From NCBI RefSeq assembly GCF_000010625.1, contig NC_010296.1, forward strand, positions 4,080,001 to 4,112,000: 32,000 bases of DNA, in the 5' to 3' direction. The notes beneath the pieces are model-generated. The model saw only the letters and a program-made list of their open reading frames with translations. It made no database searches and was not told the DNA's origin. The DNA comes from Microcystis aeruginosa NIES-843 (lineage in GTDB: Bacteria > Cyanobacteriota > Cyanobacteriia > Cyanobacteriales > Microcystaceae). Below, in pieces: positions 26,111 to 32,000 of the stretch. A program made the translations under genes and the position numbers. Within the stretch, counting starts at the first letter, position 1. Each line of letters opens with the position of its first letter.

Positions 26111-27847
26111 TTACATCATACGATCCTGACGTTCAATTTTTTGCCAAAGTCTCACAAGAGCTATCCCCGGAAGCAGGGAAATCGCCATCGGTACTAAAGT
26201 TAACCAACCAAAACCATTGACAAATAGAAGCGTCGCCGAGATAACCAAAGCACTTATGAGTAAAGTATAGTTGGTTCCCATTTGAATCATACCCAATCGC
26301 CGTAAAAGTCGATCGGATTCGCTGGAACGTACCCGGACACGGATATCACCCCGTTCTAATTTTTCGATCGTATCATCGATGCGTCGGGGTAAACTCAGGG
26401 CGGTGCTGCTCACTTGGGCCGCTTGCCGTCCTAACTCATCGAGGATATTACTGCCATTATTTCCTGTCATATCATGTACTAATTGCAGGGCAAAAGGTTG
26501 GGCTACTTCCATAAAGTTAAATTCGGGATCGAGTCCTTTGCCTACCCCTTCCAGGGTAGAAAATGCCCGCATGACGAAGGTAAAGGTAGCGGGAAAGCGA
26601 AAAGGCTGATCGTAGGCGATTTCATAGAGATCATCGCTGATAGAGGCTACGGATTGCTCCTCAAAGGGTTTATCCATGAAGTTATCGAGCATATACTGGA
26701 TTGATCGCCGCACTGCTCCCATATCACCATTAGCAGTTAATGCTCCTAAATCCACCAGAGAAGTGACCACGCGATCGGCATCTTTTTGGGCAATTCCCAA
26801 GAGAGTCTGCATTAATTTTTCGCGCACGTTGGTTTTAATTTGTCCCATCATGCCGAAATCGTAGAAAATTAAGGAGCCATCACTATCAACGGCGATATTG
26901 CCGGGGTGAGGATCCGCGTGAAAAAAGCCGTTATTGAGCAGTTGAATTAGATAGGCTTTTGCCCCTAGTTTAGCCAACAATTTGCGATCGAGTCCTGCCG
27001 CTTCTAGGGCCTCATAATGACTGATTTTGATGCCGGGGAGGTATTCTAGGGTTAAAACCCGGGGAGAGGTGTAGCGCCAATAGACTTTTGGTACTTTGAC
27101 CCAATCTTCCCCGCGAAAATTACGGCGAAAAGTGTCGGCGTTACGACCTTCGTTGAGATAATCGGTTTCTTCCCAGAGAATTTTACAGCATTCTTCATAA
27201 ATACCCGTCCAATCGCGACCTTTACCCCATTTGGGATGATTTTGGAAGTATTGGGCGATTTTTTTCAGGATGGCCAGATCGATACTAAATAATTTTTTCA
27301 ATCCGGGCCGTTGGACTTTGACCACCACATCTTCCCCGGTGTTCAGTTGGGCCCGGTGAACTTGCCCTAAACTAGCGGCTGCTAGGGGGATGGGATCGAA
27401 GCTTTTAAAGAGTTTATTCAGGGGTTTACCGAGGGATACCTCGATAATTTTGCTGGCCTGTTCGTAGGTAAATGCGGGAACCTGATCCTGTAGTTTCGAG
27501 AGTTCTTCCACATATTCGAGGGGAAAAAGATCGGCGCGAGTGGAGAACAGTTGACCGACTTTAATAAAAGTCGGTCCCAATTCTAGCATGGTTTCCCGAA
27601 TCCAAGCGGCCTGTTTTCTGCGTCTGCCGGCGAGTTTTTCTTGGCTATAGCCGCCGTTATAGCTCCATTTTTTACCGTTGAGCCAGAATTGATAAAGTAC
27701 AGTCAGAACGAATCGCCAAATATCTAGACGACGACGATTGATGGAATAGCTTTCTCGATTCCAACGATAGCTATTTTTGGCGACTTCGAGGGCCGGCATT
27801 GCTGGGTTTAACTCTGGGGTAACGGGGACGGGTAGAAAGGCTGACAC
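26111..27847 (-). CDS. ABC1/UbiB-family atypical protein kinase with a C-terminal membrane anchor
   Basis: LGPTFIKVGQLFSTRADLFP, AAASLGQVHRAQL, VVVKVQRPG and FFHADPHPGNI are ABC1-kinase motifs. There are two C-terminal hydrophobic helices. Confidence 0.85.
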   Translation of the reverse strand: MSAFLPVPVTPELNPAMPALEVAKNSYRWNRESYSINRRRLDIWRFVLTVLYQFWLNGKKWSYNGGYSQEKLAGRRRKQAAWIRETMLELGPTFIKVGQLFSTRADLFPLEYVEELSKLQDQVPAFTYEQASKIIEVSLGKPLNKLFKSFDPIPLAAASLGQVHRAQLNTGEDVVVKVQRPGLKKLFSIDLAILKKIAQYFQNHPKWGKGRDWTGIYEECCKILWEETDYLNEGRNADTFRRNFRGEDWVKVPKVYWRYTSPRVLTLEYLPGIKISHYEALEAAGLDRKLLAKLGAKAYLIQLLNNGFFHADPHPGNIAVDSDGSLIFYDFGMMGQIKTNVREKLMQTLLGIAQKDADRVVTSLVDLGALTANGDMGAVRRSIQYMLDNFMDKPFEEQSVASISDDLYEIAYDQPFRFPATFTFVMRAFSTLEGVGKGLDPEFNFMEVAQPFALQLVHDMTGNNGSNILDELGRQAAQVSSTALSLPRRIDDTIEKLERGDIRVRVRSSESDRLLRRLGMIQMGTNYTLLISALVISATLLFVNGFGWLTLVPMAISLLPGIALVRLWQKIERQDRMM

Positions 27848-27889
27848 GCAATTTTTGGGGCTTTAAAGCGACTAAAAGAGGGTTTTGGG

Positions 27890-28195
27890 TTAATTCTGGT
27901 AGTTTTTTAGTTCCGAGCGCAATTGGGCGATTTCGGCGCGCATTTCGTCGATGTTTTCCTGCACATCGGCACTGGAGGAACCACCGGACTCTGTACCAGT
28001 ATATACTCCCTTTTCCATGGCTTGATCGGCTCTCATTTGCACTTCTTCGACGAATTGCCGCAGGTTTTCCCGTTGTTCGGCATCAAATTTGCCTAATTCG
28101 CTTAAAGCGTTGGTAAACGCATCTTCTAGCTGTTCACCGATCACTTCAGCGATCGCTCGTCCGAGGAAAAAGGCGTGAATAACGGGGTTAGTCAT
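27890..28195 (-). CDS. Small conserved hypothetical protein (101 aa, helical/coiled-coil), first gene of the ABC1-PP2C string
   Basis: A clean ORF 42 nt upstream of the ABC1 kinase on the same strand. [43 protein letters not shown] looks conserved in cyanobacteria, but I cannot name the family. Confidence 0.5.
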   Translation of the reverse strand: MTNPVIHAFFLGRAIAEVIGEQLEDAFTNALSELGKFDAEQRENLRQFVEEVQMRADQAMEKGVYTGTESGGSSSADVQENIDEMRAEIAQLRSELKNYQN

Positions 28196-28467
28196 AATCT
28201 TAAATGGATGTTTTCGCTTCGGGGTTTGTGGACGGGAAAGGCGATAATAGATTCCCTAACTACTAGGTTAGGCGACAGAACCAGAAAAGGCAAATCGTTT
28301 TTCTGAAAACGGAGGTGAGACGGGGAGGTTAATCAACAAAATTAGAGGAAAGAAAGGGCGCTAAGGGAGCAGAATCCGGTCCGATTGCGTCGAGAATTAT
28401 CGCTGAAATCAACCCGATTAGCGAAATAATAGTGTCATCAACAATATCATCCTCCTGGAGAGTTAAG

Positions 28468-29691
28468 ATGCTCAGAAAACGTTTATTAATCCCCTTAATC
28501 TTATCCCTAGTCACTTTTGGTCTAGTGGTGGCCTGTAATTCCGGCACTCCCACCGGTCAAACTAACCCCAGTCCCGCAGAAAACGCCGCCACTGCCGCTA
28601 TTCCCATCGGCGCAGCTTTGGCTCAAACCAGCAATCTCGCCCTATTGGGACAGGAACAGGTGATCGGTGTCAAGATGGCTGAAACATATTTTAATAAAAA
28701 GGGCGGAGTCAATGGAACACCGATTAAAGTTATTATCCAGGATGTGGCCGGGGATGAACAGGGAGCGATCAACGCCATCAATACCCTCATCACTCAAGAT
28801 AAGGTGGTGGGTATTCTCGGTCCGTCCCTGTCCCAACAAGCTTTTGCCGCTAGTCCGATCGCCGATCGAGCCAAAGTTCCCATTCTCGGCCCGTCTAACA
28901 CGGCTAAAGGTATCCCCCAGATCGGTGAATATGTGGGTAGGGTGTCCGCTCCTGTGGCTGTGGTCGCTCCCAATGCGGTTAAAACCGCTTTAAAAATCGA
29001 TCCCAAGATTAAAAAAGTGGCTGTCTTTTTTGCCCAAAATGATGCTTTTAGTAAATCGGAAACGGAAACTTTTCAAGAAACCCTGAAGAGTTTAAATCTC
29101 GATATTGTCACCGTGCAGAAATTCCAAACCACCGATACAGATTTTCAAAACCAAGCCACCGCCGCTATTAATATTAAACCGGATTTAGTGGTTATTTCTG
29201 GTTTGGTTGCTGACGGGGGCAATTTGGTCAAACAGTTGCGACAATTAGGCTATCAGGGATTAATTATTGGTGGCAATGGTTTAAATACTTCTAATATTTT
29301 CCCGGTTTGTCAAGCTCAATGTGATGGCATTATCATTGCTCAAGCTTATAACCCGGAATTAGATAGTCCTATTAATCGGGATTTTGTCGCCGCTTATACA
29401 GCAGAAAATAAAAAAGCACCGCCCCAATTTACCGCTCAAGCTTTTACGGGAATTCAAGTTTTTGTCGAGGCCTTAAAACGGGTAGATGATAAAAATAAAC
29501 TCAGTACACTTTCCCTCGAACAAATTCGCCAACAATTAAATCAGGAAATTTTAGCGGGTAAGTATGTCACTGTCTTGGGAGATATTGCTTTTACTCCCGA
29601 AGGAGAAATCATTCAGGATAAATTCTCCGTGGCACAAATTAAAATGGATGCCGATGGTAAAAATGGTAAATTTACTTTTGTGAAAAATTAA
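28468..29691 (+). CDS. ABC transporter substrate-binding lipoprotein, type-1 periplasmic binding fold (branched-chain amino acid/LivJ-like)
   Basis: ATG 28468 is preceded by GGAGAG. The signal peptide with lipobox LVVAC|N favours this start over 28432. The body (IGAALAQTSN.ALLG..., ILGPSLSQQA..., FFAQNDAFSKS) matches Leu/Ile/Val-binding-type receptors. Confidence 0.75.
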   Translation: MLRKRLLIPLILSLVTFGLVVACNSGTPTGQTNPSPAENAATAAIPIGAALAQTSNLALLGQEQVIGVKMAETYFNKKGGVNGTPIKVIIQDVAGDEQGAINAINTLITQDKVVGILGPSLSQQAFAASPIADRAKVPILGPSNTAKGIPQIGEYVGRVSAPVAVVAPNAVKTALKIDPKIKKVAVFFAQNDAFSKSETETFQETLKSLNLDIVTVQKFQTTDTDFQNQATAAINIKPDLVVISGLVADGGNLVKQLRQLGYQGLIIGGNGLNTSNIFPVCQAQCDGIIIAQAYNPELDSPINRDFVAAYTAENKKAPPQFTAQAFTGIQVFVEALKRVDDKNKLSTLSLEQIRQQLNQEILAGKYVTVLGDIAFTPEGEIIQDKFSVAQIKMDADGKNGKFTFVKN

Positions 29692-29700
29692 TCAGTAAAG

Positions 29701-29774
29701 GGTTCTTCTCATTTCTATCTCGTTGCAAGGGTCTCCCTTGCAACGCATTTCCAGAGGTTATAGCTCTTGTGTAA
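29701..29774 (+). repeat. ~75-bp repeat element, copy 1 (starts GGTTCTTCTC)
   Basis: It aligns with 30560-30642 in the same orientation at roughly 80% identity, apart from an 11-nt insertion in copy 2. Both end in CCAGAGGTT(A/C)TAGCTCTTGTGTAA. Confidence 0.75.
29721..29745 (+). terminator. Candidate terminator of the binding-protein gene (hairpin inside repeat copy 1)
   Basis: CGTTGCAAGGG-TCT-CCCTTGCAACG is a perfect 11-bp stem 30 nt after the stop codon. It is followed by CATTTCC, a weak U-tract. Confidence 0.4.
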
Positions 29775-30017
29775 TACTAAATCCTGTTTAAAGTGTTCAA
29801 GAGTGTTAAAGTCGAGTCCAAAATCAACATAATTCTGTTCTGACTTGCAATGTTCTATTCAATTAATTTATCTAGGGATAGGACAGTATTCGATGGTGGT
29901 GTTGGACAAGAATAAAAGAAAAATGTAGGTTGGTTTTCCCTTTCTTCAGAAATTCTTCTTAAGTTTTCGTGTTCCCTAATTCTTGCTCTAAGCTAGTTCT
30001 GGAATTTCTGGCGATTA

Positions 30018-30278
30018 TTAGTAGTGAAATTTACAGGAAATAATAACAATTTCTTGATCAGACACGCTATAAACTAGGCGGTGTTCTTTTGTAATGCGTC
30101 GTGACCATAATCCTGATAGTTCATGTTTTAATGCTTCTGGTTTTCCTAATCCAGAAAAAGGCTCTCTTTGAACATCTTTAATAAGGCTGACAATTTTAGC
30201 GTCAACTTTTTTATCTGCGATCACCCATTGATTAAACTAATCAAAACTTCGGGTTAGAAAGGCGACTTTCCTGATCAG
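30018..30278 (-). pseudogene. yoeB: YoeB/Txe-family toxin gene, decaying (in-frame TAG and no ATG start)
   Basis: The C-terminal 68 aa (KIVSLIKDVQREPFSGLGKPEALKHELSGLWSRRITKEHRLVYSV...CKFHY) match YoeB. Upstream in the same frame the family N-terminus continues (IRKVAFLTRSFD*FNQW) through TAG 30237-30239. Where toxin genes normally have ATGA overlapping the antitoxin stop, this copy has CTGA. Confidence 0.7.
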
Positions 30279-30505
30279 TTAGCAGCATTTACATAAATAT
30301 AACTATCAGGATTTTTCAGGGATTCTATTGCCTCTTGGAGATGTTGACGGTTAGCTTCTGTGGAAAGCAGATAGTCCGTTTCATCCATTTCAGCAGCTTC
30401 TTTAATCAATAAAATCGCTTCGACAACTGTTCCTTCTGGTAAGTCGAGGGGAGGTAAACTAAGTTGACCATTTTTGATGATTGTTTGGTATTTTAGTGCA
30501 TTCAT
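30275..30505 (-). CDS. Antitoxin with a YefM/Phd-like C-terminal toxin-binding segment and a different N-terminal domain
   Basis: The C-terminal ETDYLLSTEANRQHLQEAIESLKN resembles the YefM C-terminus. The N-terminal IIKNGQLSLPPLDLPEGTVVEAILLIKE resembles AbrB/SpoVT-type swapped-hairpin antitoxin domains rather than the YefM fold. Confidence 0.6.
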   Translation of the reverse strand: MNALKYQTIIKNGQLSLPPLDLPEGTVVEAILLIKEAAEMDETDYLLSTEANRQHLQEAIESLKNPDSYIYVNAAN

Positions 30506-30559
30506 ATAATTTTGCTATTCTTGAGATTTTATTAATTATAGCAGTTTCAAAGATAACTT

Positions 30560-30642
30560 GGCTCTTCTCGTTTCTGTATAGTCTTACCTCGTTGCCAGAG
30601 TATCCCTTGTAAGGCTTTCCAGAGGTTCTAGCTCTTGTGTAA
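30560..30642 (+). repeat. ~83-bp repeat element, copy 2 (starts GGCTCTTCTC)
   Basis: See 29701-29774. The hairpin is degenerate in this copy. It is followed by two short perfect hairpins, AAGGGAGG-GAGAT-CCTCCCTT and CCAAGG-TAGAA-CCTTGG. Confidence 0.75.
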
Positions 30643-31049
30643 CCGATCAGGGAAGGGAGGGAGATCCTCCCTTGTCTCGTACCAAGGTAGAACCTTGGCA
30701 TCAGAGAAATATGAAGATTTTATTAAATTGTATTTGTAAGTACAACTTTGGATAGGAAAGTGTGTTCATTAACAATGCGCCAGTCTTTGGTGTTGGGTAG
30801 TGCGGTGTCTTAACCCAACCGACAAAATAGCGATCGCCGTTAACCTGACAGACCAGACTGGAAGCTTGTGCTGATGATCTAGGATTATTTGCCGATTAAT
30901 GACTCTTTTCGGAAATTAGAGGACAATACCGTGCCAGTAATTATGGATTTTAACAACTTTCCCCGACCTTTCTTTTTTATTCTCAAGCGATGTCAAAGAC
31001 CAGATTGAAACGTTAGTAGTTATGGCTCTTCGTTACCCTTTATGCTAAA

Positions 31050-32000
31050 TCAACATACAAGATGCCAAGATAACATACTTATAACCCAAAAATTCCGAAA
31101 GTTTCTAAAGCCATAGCCTCTCCGTTTTATTAGTTTAAGTTTATTGTTGATTCCCTCGACCACCCCATTCGTTGTCCTTCGCTCGAAATAACTAATTATT
31201 TCTCCAAACCAGTTTCGGATTGTTTGACAACTCTTGGTAAAAACACTGGAGGATTTTGCCAACCATTCCGAGATGGATAGCATTCCCTCTGTCGGATTCT
31301 CTGAGGTTTCATAAATCTTTCTGAATTCTTCCTTTAATTCCTGCATCTTTTTCAAATTTGGGAATTTTTCGGCTCTTCGGTTTGTCTTATGCAACGTACA
31401 GGGTTATAAGGAATGAAACTCTTATAGAGAAAGACATGGCTGCGATTTTTGTTAATTGGTTTCGATCTAGAGCGAACTAATCAATTAAATCTCTTGCCAG
31501 ATAAGGATTCAGTCGATTTATGCCCCCATATCGAACCATACTAAGTAACGAAGAACCAATTTTTCTTTGATAGCTTCTAGTTTAATTTTTTGGGGTTCCG
31601 TTAAATCTTCTTCATTTTTTAACAGGCTATATTTACTTCGCTTTAAAACTTCTAGCTTTGCTTCTTTTTCCGCTTTCTGTTTTTTATTTTTCTGCGCTTC
31701 TACGGCTCTTTTTTCCGCTCTTCTCTGTTCGTCTAACTCTTGATTAATTTGTTTCATTACATGGAATCTATCGGCGACTACCTCGGCCGATGGCATCAAT
31801 TCTTTCACCAAATTTTTATAGGGCAACCAAAGGTCTATGCTCACTTCTTCAATTTGCTCTAACACCTCTTTTCCCCACCCAGTAAGCGTTTCCCTCAACT
31901 CTTCTTGTGTTCGCTTCTCTAGAATAGCTATTAGTTTTCCCGTATCTAAATTTACTAAAACCGCACAGTAATTTTTTTGTCCTTTGACTAGAGCGATTTC
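31050..32000 (-). pseudogene. ISL3 transposase gene split by the MITE (fragments 31050-31370 and 31558-32000+)
   Basis: The ORF-track fragments 31050-31394 and 31518-31898 are near-identical to residues of the 404-aa transposase at 9667-10881. The reading frame is broken at the MITE junctions. Confidence 0.85.
31371..31557. mobile_element. 187-bp non-autonomous element (MITE) with ISL3-type termini
   Basis: The termini are GGCTCTTCGGTTTGTCTTATGC and the reverse complement of ...CCATACTAAGTAACGAAGAACC, which reads GGTTCTTCGTTACTTAGTATGG. The 8-bp duplication AATTTTTC sits at 31363-31370 and 31558-31565. The uninterrupted copy 1 has a single AATTTTTC at the homologous site (9982-9989). It has no ORF. 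Confidence 0.9.

Larger units (their letters stand above)
31024..32000 (-). mobile_element. ISL3-family insertion sequence, copy 2 (runs off the window), interrupted by a MITE
   Basis: It starts with the same terminus, GGCTCTTCGTTACCCTTTATGC. I counted 11 substitutions over the ~790 nt alignable to copy 1 (9641-10430), about 98.6% identity, in the same orientation. Confidence 0.9.

Noticed and set aside
28290-28380. Possible glutamine (glnA-type) riboswitch in the transporter leader, because of ACGGAGGTGAG and GGAAAGAAAGGGCGC words
   Set aside because: I could not reconstruct the conserved core or pseudoknot of that motif from memory. The similarity is limited to purine-rich words, so it is kept only as a low-interest leader observation.
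2779-28993. Numerous 60-110 aa ORFs nested in or antisense to long genes (e.g. 2779, 5525, 6390, 6681, 12052, 13699, 14770, 15240, 15442, 15742, 15941, 17142, 20204, 20823, 21425, 24280, 24313, 26379, 26483, 26676, 28329, 28642, 28667, 28794)
   Set aside because: Each lies inside, or overlaps the end or start of, a longer ORF with a clear family assignment. None has a recognisable motif or a start context.
29721-29745. Integron attC-like site (GTTGCAA...TTGCAAC hairpin next to a TA cassette)
   Set aside because: The palindrome is only 25 nt and perfect (attC sites are longer and imperfect with extrahelical bases). The R''/R' consensus (RYYYAAC/GTTRRRY) is not met, and no intI is in the window.

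Overview
This is a cyanobacterial chromosome segment. The gene content (thf1, zipN/ftn2, cofH, pdhA), GCGATCGC palindromes, 7-8 nt microsatellites and very high IS/MITE load look Microcystis-like; that taxon call is inference, not verified.

Backbone genes: purM (partial), cofH, thf1, smpB, an exported DUF2808-like protein, a KGG stress protein, zipN, pdhA, two conserved hypotheticals and aat. There is also a REC-histidine kinase followed by a ~13-repeat ankyrin protein, a convergent small-protein/ABC1-kinase/PP2C-phosphatase trio, and a lipoprotein-type ABC substrate-binding protein.

Roughly a third of the window is mobile or decayed DNA:
- An AT-rich three-gene insert at ~905-4700.
- An IS630 element that landed in a (CAGTTAT)n array and was then split by an ISL3 element. 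All target-site duplications are readable.
- Three TnpB loci: a solo IS200/IS605-type tnpB, an IS607 with intact serine-recombinase tnpA but a nonsense-mutated tnpB, and an IS605-type pair with intact tnpB but dead tnpA.
- A decaying yoeB-type toxin with an intact antitoxin, bracketed by ~80-bp direct repeats.
- A second ISL3 copy split by a 187-bp ISL3-type MITE.

I did not find a clean multi-gene system that is self-evidently new. The leads most worth follow-up are:
1. A composite element with conserved termini and a hypervariable, G-quadruplex-grade microsatellite core. It sits 1-5 nt after stop codons, in two inverted copies.
2. An intact TnpB element whose 3' end lies at most 47 nt from the GTG start of the cell-division gene zipN, on the same strand.
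3. Covarying terminal hairpins that each embed a tnpB stop codon.
4. The REC-HK/ankyrin versus ABC1-kinase/PP2C signalling neighbourhood.

All family names are from memory of the families; no searches were run.
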